Source: Candidatus Latescibacterota bacterium (GTDB lineage Bacteria; Latescibacterota; UBA2968). Taken from it: a DNA stretch of 64,000 nt. The notes under the pieces are model-generated. The model saw nothing but the letters and a program-made list of their open reading frames with translations, ran no database searches and was not told the DNA's origin. How positions within the stretch are numbered: position 1 is the stretch's first letter; every line of letters begins with the position of its first letter. Location of the stretch: the NCBI GenBank assembly GCA_965208125.1, contig OZ242320.1, positions 3,872,001-3,936,000 on the forward strand. Reading direction: 5' to 3'. Made by a program: the position numbers and the translations under genes. Of this stretch, positions 46,543 to 55,636 are shown piece after piece.

Positions 46543-47913
46543 TCAAATAAATCCAATTATACGCCAGTATAACAGGGTCAGCGGTAGCAGTGCGATGAGC
46601 GTTACCAGAGAAATTAGCGACATTACGAGTGCGAATTGGCCCATTCGAGCATAGCGAAAGCTGTATGCGACAATAAATGGCGCGCCCTGATAGGGAATGA
46701 AAACCACGCCTGTGCCGATTGCCAGACTGAGGGCGATGGGTAGGGGCGACAGGCCGAGTTGTGGACCGAGGTCGAGTAGAAAGGGGGCGAGCACGCCGCC
46801 AACCGCAGCGGTGTCCATTAAAAAATCAAATGGCACGGCCAAATACGCTATGATGGCGAGTTGGGCAATGGGGGTTTCGACTGTTTGGAGATGGTGGATG
46901 AATACGGATGCGAGGGCGCGGTTGAGGCCAGATTGTTCGAGGGCGTGACCAATGGCAAAAACCGCGGAGATAAATATGAGAAGGGGAAAATTGACTTTTT
47001 TGATGGTGTCAAAGGGCAGGGGACCCCAGCCGGGCAGGTAGCAGAGGAGGACGAGGCCCAGGCCGATATAGACCGGGTGAATGCCGTGTATAATATCGGT
47101 CGTCCACAGGAGAACACCTGCGATGAGAATGCCGAGTATTTTTTTTTCGGGACCGGTCATGTGTGTGGGAACATCGGCGATAGTGGAATGGCCCGAGAGA
47201 TCGGGTTCCCGCGAGGGGCGAAATAGCAAGCGGATAAGGCCGTAGAGCAGGCCAACGCGCAGTAGGCCAATGATGGGAAAGAGATAATAGGCCCATTCGC
47301 TCCAGTAGATTGTGATATTGCGCGATTCCAAAACGCCGAGAATGACCAGGTTGGGTACGCCGGCCGTCAGGATGCCCGTGCCGCTGTAATACGTGGCGCA
47401 GGTCAGCGAGAGAACGAGGGCAGCACTGACTTTTGAGTTGGGGGCTTCGCCGAGGGTTTTGAGCAGAGAGACGACCATTGGCATCAAGATGAGGACGCGC
47501 ACGACGCCAGAGGGGATCAGCAGTGCCATTGTTAGGCCCAGGATGTGCAGGCCAAAGACGAGTTGCCGATACCCACTCAGGCGACCGAGTACGCTTTGGG
47601 CCATTCGCGCCCCCAGCGGTGTTTCGGTAATGCCCAGGCTCAATGCCATTCCGGCAAAGACGAGCCAGACGGCTTTGCCGGAGAAGCCCTGAAATGTGGT
47701 TTCAAAAGAGAGAATTTTGAGAAGTGGAAAGAGTGTGAGGATGAAGATGGCGGTGTAGGAAATGGGGATGGGTTCAAAGGTCCAGAAAATAACGGTGAGC
47801 GCGGTGAGTGCGAGCGCCATGCGGGCAGATATGCCGAGGTCACTGGGAAAGATGAAAATAAATAGTGCCAGCGCGGGACCGAGGATAAGGCCAATGATTT
47901 GAGATCGGGTCAT
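46543..47913 (-). CDS. SLC13/DASS family anion transporter
   Basis: FEPIP, FQGF...VWL, IPS..R, GILTAGVPN, IPYQGAP; many TM helices. Confidence 0.85.
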   Translation of the reverse strand: MTRSQIIGLILGPALALFIFIFPSDLGISARMALALTALTVIFWTFEPIPISYTAIFILTLFPLLKILSFETTFQGFSGKAVWLVFAGMALSLGITETPLGARMAQSVLGRLSGYRQLVFGLHILGLTMALLIPSGVVRVLILMPMVVSLLKTLGEAPNSKVSAALVLSLTCATYYSGTGILTAGVPNLVILGVLESRNITIYWSEWAYYLFPIIGLLRVGLLYGLIRLLFRPSREPDLSGHSTIADVPTHMTGPEKKILGILIAGVLLWTTDIIHGIHPVYIGLGLVLLCYLPGWGPLPFDTIKKVNFPLLIFISAVFAIGHALEQSGLNRALASVFIHHLQTVETPIAQLAIIAYLAVPFDFLMDTAAVGGVLAPFLLDLGPQLGLSPLPIALSLAIGTGVVFIPYQGAPFIVAYSFRYARMGQFALVMSLISLVTLIALLPLTLLYWRIIGFI

Positions 47914-47919
47914 AGGATT

Positions 47920-47947
47920 AGCGGTCAGCGGTCAGCTTTCAGCCCTC
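47920..47947. repeat. Short degenerate heptamer tandem (AGCGGTC AGCGGTC AGCTTTC AGCCCTC)
   Basis: Read directly; lies immediately upstream of the DASS start codon. Confidence 0.45.
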
Positions 47948-48125
47948 TCCCATCCACCCCAAAGGCGATCAATCTGTTTTATTGTTGGGATTGGATTGGG
48001 CGATGAAACAACTAACAACATAATAGCGCAGTGAAGGAGAGACAAATGAATTGTGGGCAGATGGATTCGCTATTGATTAAGTACAAGAAATCGCGTAGTT
48101 TAGCGCGGAGAAAGGAGATAAGACT

Positions 48126-49295
48126 ATGAATTTTAGAGGCAAATTGGTTGATACGTCGCAGGTTGTGACCGTGCAAACAGATGGCGAGCAGATCGCTGCT
48201 ATTCATCGCGGGGTGGAGGGTGATGCGATTGGTGGAGATGATGTGTGGATTGCACCGGCGATTTTTGATGTGCAGGTCAATGGTGTGGGTGGGATCAACT
48301 ATAAAGCTAAAGATTTGACGGTGGAGAAAATTGTGGAGACAGCGGGGTGGATGCACAGGACTGGTACGGGTTTGTGGTGTCCAACGGTGACGACTTCATC
48401 TGAGGAAGATGCGGTTCACGGTCTGGAACTGTTGGCAAAGGCGTGTGAAGAATCAGAAGTCGCGCGCGCGTCTTTTGTCGGGTTTCACGTTGAGGGGCCT
48501 TATATCGCGTCTGAAGATGGTCCCCGCGGGGCGCATCCCCTGGCGCATGTGCGCGATCCGGATTGGGATGAATTTCAGCGGTATCAAGAAGCGGCTGGTG
48601 GGCGTATTGCGATTTTTACGCTTGCGCCCGAGCGAGACGGCGCATTGGAATTTATTGAGAAGGTGGCTGCAACAGGTGTTATTGTTTCAATTGGTCATTC
48701 GGGTGCGAGTCCCGAGCGCATCCAGGCGGCGGTTGCCGCCGGTGCCCAAATGTCAACCCATCTGGGCAATGGCGCGCATGCCGAGTTGCCGCGCCATCCC
48801 AATTATATATGGGAACAACTCGCGGCAGATGCGTTGTGGGCAGGGATTATTCCCGATGGATTTCATCTGCCGCCTGCGGTGTTGAAGAGTTTTTATCGCG
48901 CAAAAGGCAAAGAACGCCTGTGTTTGGTGAGCGATGTGGCATCTATCGCTGGTCTGCCGCCGGGTATTTACGGCAGCGAGAGCGGGTTGGGACAGAGCGA
49001 GTTACACGCCAATGGCAAAATTTCTCTGGCGGGAACGCCTTATCTGGCGGGTGCGGGTTTGTTTTTGGATAGTGGCATTCCCAATGCCGTGCGGTTTACA
49101 GACGCTTCGCTGTCCGATGCCATTGAAATGACATCGATCAATCCGGCGCGTTTGTTGGGGATAGAAGAGCGCGTGGGGTCTGTGGAAGCCGGCAAAGAGG
49201 CGAGTCTGTCTCTGTTCCGCTGGGAAGAGGGACAGGAGAAATTGGACGTGGTGGCAACGGTGGTGCGCGGGCGGATTGTTTATCAGGCTGCATAA
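48126..49295 (+). CDS. N-acetylglucosamine-6-phosphate deacetylase-like amidohydrolase (NagA family, divergent)
   Basis: DVQVNG, PTVTT, HVEGPY, GAH, TLAPE, GHS, THLGNG, DGFH, VSD, NPARLLG. Confidence 0.85.
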   Translation: MNFRGKLVDTSQVVTVQTDGEQIAAIHRGVEGDAIGGDDVWIAPAIFDVQVNGVGGINYKAKDLTVEKIVETAGWMHRTGTGLWCPTVTTSSEEDAVHGLELLAKACEESEVARASFVGFHVEGPYIASEDGPRGAHPLAHVRDPDWDEFQRYQEAAGGRIAIFTLAPERDGALEFIEKVAATGVIVSIGHSGASPERIQAAVAAGAQMSTHLGNGAHAELPRHPNYIWEQLAADALWAGIIPDGFHLPPAVLKSFYRAKGKERLCLVSDVASIAGLPPGIYGSESGLGQSELHANGKISLAGTPYLAGAGLFLDSGIPNAVRFTDASLSDAIEMTSINPARLLGIEERVGSVEAGKEASLSLFRWEEGQEKLDVVATVVRGRIVYQAA

Positions 49296-49306
49296 AGGAA
49301 TGCGAT

Positions 49307-50155
49307 ATGGCGAAGAAAAAGGTTGTTCTAACAGGTGCATCGGGCTATGTGGCAGGGCGGATGTTGCCGGCATTGCGCGAGAGGTACGATCTGACATTGC
49401 TGGATGTGAAGACGACCAACCGCGAGAGTGAAGAGGTTGAAGGCGTGCAAGTTGTGGATTTGGAAAATCCGGATCGGGATGCGTATCGCGCCCATTTTCA
49501 AGGTGCCGATGCCGTGGTACACAGTGGGTTTAAGGGGACCGTAGATTGGCAACACACGGATTATTGGAAAGAGTCCGATAATATTCGGATGTGCTACAAT
49601 GTGTACCAAACGTGTGTCGAAGAAGGTGTGAAACGCATTGTGGTGATGAGTTCAAATCACGCATGCGATTTTTACGAGCGGTTGATCTGGGCTGACCGAT
49701 TGGATTTTGCCACGACTGATATGCTGCCTTTGTCTGATAATTTTTACGGTTGGGCAAAGTCGTCGTACGAACATCTGGCTTTTGTGTTTGCAACGGGTAA
49801 TGCGACCAATGGCAAGCGGTTGGAGAGTGTTCACATCCGCATTGGCGCGCCCCGAGATACCATTATGGAAGGGCAGTCGGCAGATGATTTGAAGCAGTTG
49901 CACCGGGAATTGGGCGCGTATTTGAGTGCGCGGGATTTGTCGCAATTGGTGATTAAGAGTATTGAGGCAGAGAATATTGAGGATGAAAATGGGGTGCCGT
50001 TTCAGGTGTTTTTTGGCATTAGTGGGAATACGCACCGGTTCTGGAATATCGACAATGCAAGACGCGTTGTGGGATACGCGCCAGAGGATGATAGTCAGAT
50101 TCGATTTGCGGGGAATATTGCAGATATTATTCGAGAAGCGCAGAAAAAGCAATAA
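49307..50155 (+). CDS. NAD-dependent epimerase/uronate dehydrogenase-like extended SDR
   Basis: TGASGYVA, SSNHA, YGWAK, IRIG, LSARD, GYAPEDD. Confidence 0.8.
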   Translation: MAKKKVVLTGASGYVAGRMLPALRERYDLTLLDVKTTNRESEEVEGVQVVDLENPDRDAYRAHFQGADAVVHSGFKGTVDWQHTDYWKESDNIRMCYNVYQTCVEEGVKRIVVMSSNHACDFYERLIWADRLDFATTDMLPLSDNFYGWAKSSYEHLAFVFATGNATNGKRLESVHIRIGAPRDTIMEGQSADDLKQLHRELGAYLSARDLSQLVIKSIEAENIEDENGVPFQVFFGISGNTHRFWNIDNARRVVGYAPEDDSQIRFAGNIADIIREAQKKQ

Positions 50156-50167
50156 CGGGTTTTGAAT

Positions 50168-51292
50168 ATGAAAATTACGGGGTTTGAGACGATTCCCATT
50201 CGGGGTCGGGCGATGATTTTGAAGATGTTTACGGATGAGGGATTGGTGGGGTATGGCGAGCCGATGAATTACGAGCATTGGCGCGTGGTGGCGCAGGCTG
50301 TAGAGGATATGGCCGAGTACCTGGTGGGCAAAGATCCGCTGAATATCGAAGATCACTGGCAGGCGATGTATCGCTCGAGTTATAGCCGGAGTATGCCGGT
50401 GTTGGTCGGTGCGCTGAGTGGGATTGAGATGGCGATGTGGGATGTGTTTGGCAAAATGGTTGGGTTGCCGGTTTGGAAACTTTTGGGTGGGAAAGTTCGC
50501 GATCGCATTCGCGTGTACACAGGTACGGGCGGGACGACGCCAGAAGAATGTGCGGAGAATGCGAGCCAGAAGGTGGCAGAGGGCTTTCGCGCTGTGAAGA
50601 TGGGAGCTTCACCGAGTCCTGTGAGATTTGTCGATACGCCAGAGAAAATAGATTTTATGGTTTCTCGCGTTGCTGCTGTGCGCGAAGCTGTGGGCTATTC
50701 GGTCGATATTGCGGTGGATTTGCATCGGCGGTTGAGTCCGACGATGGCTGCGATTCTGGTGAAGGAGTTGGAGCCGCTGCGTCCTCTGTTCGCAGAGGAG
50801 CCGTGTCATCCGGAAAATAACGAGGCGTTATTGGCGCTGTCCCGGGGTACAACTGTGCCCATTGCCACGGGTGAACGGCATTTGACGCGCTGGGGATTTC
50901 GCGAGCTCATCGAGCGAGAGATGTGCGCGATTTTGCAACCGGATATTCGCCATTGTGGGGGTATGTTGGAATTGAAAAAGATTGCGGGGATGGCAGAGAT
51001 TCACAATATGGCGATTGCACCGCATAACGCGGCAGGGCCTGTGGGGGTGGCAGCGTCGGTGCATGTGATGGCAACGATTCCAAATCTGTTGATTTGCGAG
51101 GGGGGGCATAACCGTGGAGAGGGCTTGTTTAAGACGCCTCTAATTTTTCGAGATGGTTTTATTGAATTGCCAACCGAGCCGGGTTTGGGTGTGGATATGG
51201 ACGATGATACGCTCGAGGCATTGCGCGATGAATCTTATCGCCTGCGCGGGATGTTCTGGCATGAAGATGACGGTTCTTTTGCGGATTATTGA
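50168..51292 (+). CDS. Galactonate dehydratase-like enolase superfamily enzyme
   Basis: MKIT, GYGE, MAMWD..GK, AVDLH, EEP, ATGE, QPD..HCGG, APHN, PGLG. Confidence 0.85.
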   Translation: MKITGFETIPIRGRAMILKMFTDEGLVGYGEPMNYEHWRVVAQAVEDMAEYLVGKDPLNIEDHWQAMYRSSYSRSMPVLVGALSGIEMAMWDVFGKMVGLPVWKLLGGKVRDRIRVYTGTGGTTPEECAENASQKVAEGFRAVKMGASPSPVRFVDTPEKIDFMVSRVAAVREAVGYSVDIAVDLHRRLSPTMAAILVKELEPLRPLFAEEPCHPENNEALLALSRGTTVPIATGERHLTRWGFRELIEREMCAILQPDIRHCGGMLELKKIAGMAEIHNMAIAPHNAAGPVGVAASVHVMATIPNLLICEGGHNRGEGLFKTPLIFRDGFIELPTEPGLGVDMDDDTLEALRDESYRLRGMFWHEDDGSFADY

Positions 51293-51305
51293 GAAAAAGC
51301 GTTTG

Positions 51306-52496
51306 ATGATCGTTGTGATTCTGTTGCTATTTGCCAGCAGTTATGTGGAGGCGATAGAGAGGGATGTGCTGGCAGTCCGGCGAGAATACAACGATGTGTC
51401 CGCTGCTGTAGATAGTCTCGTGCGGATGATGCAGGTGGCAGATGCCGAGGTGTTGAAGAAGCTGCCCGAAACGCGTCCCGAGCGCATTTTGCCCGAGGGG
51501 ATGACGGCTGTGATGATTTTTTGGGCAGATGACGAAGCGCGGGTTTGGCTCAATGATTTTCCCGTGGGTGAGACCCGGTTGACACCCGTGGAAGTAACCG
51601 TTCCGGATTTGTATTTTCAAGGACAAAATCGCCTGCGTGTGCGGTGCTGGGATACAGATAGGGTAGAGAGTGGTTTTTTGGGTGGGTTATACCTGAAAGA
51701 TGGTGCTGGCAAGTTGTACCCCATTGTGGTTTCCAATGGGGCCTGGGAGACCTCAGGAGGACGGGCAACGGAAATTACTTATGCCCATCCGATGCCGGAT
51801 ATTCCCGGTGCGCAACCGATTTGGGACGTGCGTATGTTTGGGTTTGTAGATATGGCCATCACATTTGACCGGGGTGCGATTGATCGCGCTGTAGAAACCG
51901 CGTCTGCAAGACCAATGGCTGCGCGGCAACAGGCGATGGATTATCACACCTTTGCCCAACAACTCGCTATTTTGCAGGGTCGGCGAGAAAAATTAAGAGC
52001 AGATTTAGCGCGTCAGGGCGATCTCAGTGTGCCGCTTTACAATTGGGAACGCGCCCGTTCTGCATCGCTGACACTGGGAAAAGCCGCGCCTTTGACTGAA
52101 AAGGTGTCGGCGCCAGTGGCAGAAAATGTGCGGTCTTGGTCGGAGAAGTTACCGGCGGTGCAGCAGCAGTTGATTTATCCAGACCGCCGCGCGTTAAAAG
52201 GAGAAGGTGCTGTAACTGCGGTCGAGGATGATGTGGTTTCCACTGCGAGTGATCGCGGTAGTCGCGAGCAGGCGTATCGCCCTCCTGAAGAGCGCGGTGG
52301 GACGAAAAGTGAAACAAAAACAAAAGATGAGGGAGTCGATGCCCAGGTGCAGCCGCAGAGGATGAGACGCGGTGGTGGGGGTGGGCAATCGAGTCAGGCT
52401 ACGCGATTGGGATTGTTGTTGCCAACGCTGATAGTGGGAATTTATGTGTTATATGTGGCCATACGCTGGCAATCATTAATGGGAGAAAGCGATTGA
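51306..52496 (+). CDS. Hypothetical exported protein with C-terminal membrane anchor
   Basis: Signal-like N-terminus (MIVVILLLFASSYVEA); beta-rich WADD..WLN..G.N.L.V segment; helical and low-complexity linker; C-terminal TM LGLLLPTLIVGIYVLYVAI. Confidence 0.7.
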   Translation: MIVVILLLFASSYVEAIERDVLAVRREYNDVSAAVDSLVRMMQVADAEVLKKLPETRPERILPEGMTAVMIFWADDEARVWLNDFPVGETRLTPVEVTVPDLYFQGQNRLRVRCWDTDRVESGFLGGLYLKDGAGKLYPIVVSNGAWETSGGRATEITYAHPMPDIPGAQPIWDVRMFGFVDMAITFDRGAIDRAVETASARPMAARQQAMDYHTFAQQLAILQGRREKLRADLARQGDLSVPLYNWERARSASLTLGKAAPLTEKVSAPVAENVRSWSEKLPAVQQQLIYPDRRALKGEGAVTAVEDDVVSTASDRGSREQAYRPPEERGGTKSETKTKDEGVDAQVQPQRMRRGGGGGQSSQATRLGLLLPTLIVGIYVLYVAIRWQSLMGESD

Positions 52497-53254
52497 TGTA
52501 CGGATTACACTGGTCTGAATTGTTATCACTGGTTCTTTTTTGGGTGGTGTGTGCGATAGCAGGTGCATTGATTTTAATGCAACGCTTAAGTACTATTTGT
52601 CGTTACGAAAAGCAATTTGGCCTGCCCGAGTCCAATTGGTCTGGTGCTATAATAGGTGGATTGAGCGGTGCTGGCGTGGCGAGTATTGGTATTTATTTTT
52701 ATTTTTTTGCACCAGCAGCCGCGGGTTGGGTCGAGTGGACGGGGCGTTCGGCTTATGTGCTCGTTTTGGGCAGTTCGGCAGCGCATCTGGTCACGTTTAT
52801 TCATTTTTGGCGGCGATGGGGTGCAGAAGGCGCGGAAACAGGTAATTTGACGGCATTGCGCCAGGAGCAGGTGGATAAATTTCGCCAGAGCCGCGAGAAT
52901 TATGCGGACTTAAAAGCTCGCGATGACGAGGCAGTAGATGAGTTACTCGCTGTGTTTGGCGAGCGTTTGTTGTCCGAGCAGCGCGCTTTGAGTCGCATTC
53001 CGTTTTATGGGTATTTGGGTACTGTGTGCGGTATTTTGCTGATGGCCCAAGAGCTGACCAGACTGGATGAAGCGACCGAGACGTTTAAGGTGTTGCGCGA
53101 TATGGCAGGTGGACTGGTGCTGGCATTTCAGACAACGCTCGTCGCCTTGCTTGCCTATTTGCCGCTTCGAAAGGGCTATGATATGTTGCTGAATCGCATG
53201 TCTGATCTGGAACGCAAATGGCTGGATATGCGCGAAGAGGAGAAAAGAGGGTGA
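52496..53254 (+). CDS. MotA/TolQ/ExbB family proton-channel-like protein
   Basis: IPFYGYLGTVCGI and GLVLAFQTTLVALLAYLP match the family's last two TMs; TGATG coupling to the upstream gene (alternative TTG 52493). Confidence 0.8.
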   Translation: MYGLHWSELLSLVLFWVVCAIAGALILMQRLSTICRYEKQFGLPESNWSGAIIGGLSGAGVASIGIYFYFFAPAAAGWVEWTGRSAYVLVLGSSAAHLVTFIHFWRRWGAEGAETGNLTALRQEQVDKFRQSRENYADLKARDDEAVDELLAVFGERLLSEQRALSRIPFYGYLGTVCGILLMAQELTRLDEATETFKVLRDMAGGLVLAFQTTLVALLAYLPLRKGYDMLLNRMSDLERKWLDMREEEKRG

Positions 53255-53673
53255 GACGACGTTTTTTACAGCGCGCGGTGGCCGAAGCCGAAGCGCACGA
53301 CGTGAGCAAAGAGTTGTTCCTGGGCATTATGATGTTGATGCTGTGCCTGGGGATTATGATTTTGAATGTGTCACAGCCCGTGTGGCGCGTCTATCACCAC
53401 AATCCCGAACCGGGAGATGTGGTGATTTTATATACTTCCAGAGGTCTGGCGTTTTCAGAAGATGGACGATCTGCAACACGCAGTTTGGGACCGGGCGAGT
53501 TTCGCAAAACAGTAAATGATCTGGTTGCAGAACCCGATCGGCATTTGCATCTGTTTCTGAAGGGGGGCAGCCGAGAGCGTATGGTGAATGACGCGGCTTA
53601 TGCAGATTCTCTTTTGTCTGCTGGCACAGCGGGTCAAAAGGTGCGCCCCGCCGTATATGTGCATCTGTGGTAA
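53251..53673 (+). CDS. ExbD/TolR-like single-pass partner subunit (atypical)
   Basis: GTGA overlap; basic N-terminus (RRRF), one TM, and a ~100-aa alpha/beta periplasmic domain; directly after the ExbB-like gene. Confidence 0.55.
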   Translation: MRRRFLQRAVAEAEAHDVSKELFLGIMMLMLCLGIMILNVSQPVWRVYHHNPEPGDVVILYTSRGLAFSEDGRSATRSLGPGEFRKTVNDLVAEPDRHLHLFLKGGSRERMVNDAAYADSLLSAGTAGQKVRPAVYVHLW

Positions 53674-53715
53674 ATCGCAATATTTCAATATTAAACAACA
53701 ACCCCGGTAGTAGTA

Positions 53716-54276
53716 TCACTGGGGTTTTGTGTTTCGTTTATCGCGTTCATCTTTGTATTTCTGCATAAAGTACTCAAAAGAGGTATTCTTACTCGACGCC
53801 GTTTCTCGATCAAATAACTTCATGATCTCCTGCATAAAATCTATTCTTGAGTCGAATCTCTCTGGTATCATACTATCAAACTGTTCTTTTGAAATACGAT
53901 CTGTTTTGTTGAAGCCTTTCCGCATTCTGATTTGACGGCGAGAATCATCATTTAGCCCAGCGAGATACCAACTTTCTATTTCCCGACGCACGATTAAAAT
54001 TCGATCCTCTGATAGCTTCTCAAACTGGGATGTAATCCACTCTTTCTTGGCTGTCACGCAGGGGGAATCGTCCATGTCCGCTACAAAAATGTAATCGGCG
54101 TACGGCATAGAATTGATACTATTCAGGAAACCATTTACCTTTTTTAATTTTTGCTGACTATATTTCCAAAGAGAGACGTGATCACAAATTTGTTTATACA
54201 GGGGGCTGATTACGCGATCAAAGAATCGTTCATCGTCGTCTCCTTCTATGAGAATAAAGAGCCTCCGATACGCCAA
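53716..54276 (-). CDS. TOPRIM-like (DUF4276/RloB/OLD-type) putative nuclease
   Basis: FILIEGDDDE, FVADMD and REIESWYLAG motifs; TTG 54276 after GGAGG; AT-rich. Confidence 0.65.
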   Translation of the reverse strand: MAYRRLFILIEGDDDERFFDRVISPLYKQICDHVSLWKYSQQKLKKVNGFLNSINSMPYADYIFVADMDDSPCVTAKKEWITSQFEKLSEDRILIVRREIESWYLAGLNDDSRRQIRMRKGFNKTDRISKEQFDSMIPERFDSRIDFMQEIMKLFDRETASSKNTSFEYFMQKYKDERDKRNTKPQ

Positions 54277-54277
54277 C

Positions 54278-55543
54278 CTATACCTCCAACAAGTTCTGGA
54301 TAAATAGATCGTCAATACCTATTTCATTTTTCAAGAAAATTTTGATTTCATCACTATCCGCTGGCTTTGTTATCTTGGAAAATCCTTCATCGTCTCTCGT
54401 TATGAGCAAGATATTCTCCAGATCTGCCTGTTTAACCATTTCTGGATTATGAGTTGTTGCCAGTATCTGTTTACTTCTTGATGCCTCCCTGAACATGTCC
54501 ATCACTCTTGAGATTAAGTAAGGATGGACATTCCTTTCAGGTTCTTCTATAATGACTGCCTGTTTCTGTTGGAAGTAGAGCGCGATGATTAAAGCTATAG
54601 TATTGACAGTGCCATCAGAAATCAAAAAAGCTGGTAATCCATCCTCCTCAGCATATTTTTCATGTAGCCTGAAGAATATGGATTTATCTACTGCCTTTTC
54701 TACATTTATATCGTGAATGAATGGCAGGATATCCCGAAATAAATTGAGAAATCTTCGTCTATCTTCTTCCTCCTTCATAATATTGTTAAGCACTATAGCG
54801 AGATTACTACCATCCCTCTCCAATTCTGATAGACCTGTGATGGGTGCAGGTCTCTTAGGTAACTTGGGATCAAAGTCGTAGATGCCGATGTTCCTAAACC
54901 CATCCAAGGCTGATTGTACGTACAGATCAACAATTGGAGACTCTATCAGGAGGGCATTTTCATCATACGGAATGTTCCTGAAAATTGGCGCGCCGTCCAT
55001 AAATAATGCAGGTGCTATGTCAGAGTCTGTTGAATGTATCTTTAATTCTCCACCAAAATTGGAAAATTTGATGCTTAATTTCGCGGAATCATCTCGTTTT
55101 TCTTCCTCATCAATAAATTTTACGTGGGAATAGGTTAAAGTCATTCTATCTTGAGCAATATAATATCCACCCTCTTTTTCATAAAATTGCAAAGAAAATT
55201 CATAATCTACTTTATAGATTGTGATTGGAAGAGATGATCTAGGGGTTCCATCTTCATTACGTCTTACAGACCACCAACACTTAAAATCACCCTGCATAAC
55301 TACGCGAAACGAAAGAGGCTGTGACTGTGCTATCTTTATATTTTGTAGATACTCTACTCCACCCTGAAGTGAGATGGCATTTTCCAATCCGTGATTAACA
55401 ATATCTCTCAAAAATTGGAAGGCTTGAACAAGATTAGATTTTCCCGAAGCATTCGCTCCAACCAGTAAGTTGAAGTCGTTCAAGTGAATAGATAGGTTCT
55501 CGAAACTCTTAAAGTTTGATATTTCAATTTTTGTAATTTTCAT
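54278..55543 (-). CDS. AAA_21/AAA_15 ABC-type ATPase
   Basis: I.NFKSF, Walker A GANASGKS, signature ISDGT, Walker B IIEEPE.NVHP, H-loop TTHNP. Confidence 0.9.
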   Translation of the reverse strand: MKITKIEISNFKSFENLSIHLNDFNLLVGANASGKSNLVQAFQFLRDIVNHGLENAISLQGGVEYLQNIKIAQSQPLSFRVVMQGDFKCWWSVRRNEDGTPRSSLPITIYKVDYEFSLQFYEKEGGYYIAQDRMTLTYSHVKFIDEEEKRDDSAKLSIKFSNFGGELKIHSTDSDIAPALFMDGAPIFRNIPYDENALLIESPIVDLYVQSALDGFRNIGIYDFDPKLPKRPAPITGLSELERDGSNLAIVLNNIMKEEEDRRRFLNLFRDILPFIHDINVEKAVDKSIFFRLHEKYAEEDGLPAFLISDGTVNTIALIIALYFQQKQAVIIEEPERNVHPYLISRVMDMFREASRSKQILATTHNPEMVKQADLENILLITRDDEGFSKITKPADSDEIKIFLKNEIGIDDLFIQNLLEV

Positions 55544-55636
55544 ATTGGCAGCCTTGCAGGAATAGGCTTGATCCCTTTTACCACACGACCTTGTCCCTAT
55601 CTGCGAAAAAGATTTTCACAGCGATATTTCGCTCGC

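Noticed and set aside
51606-51626. DLYFQG resembling a TEV protease site
   Set aside because: Incomplete (not ENLYFQG) and no vector or tag context; coincidence.
52496-55543. Zorya system call
   Set aside because: The A subunit lacks the long ZorA tail, the B subunit lacks an OmpA-like domain, and the ATPase pair is convergent, compositionally different and not ZorC/D/E-like.
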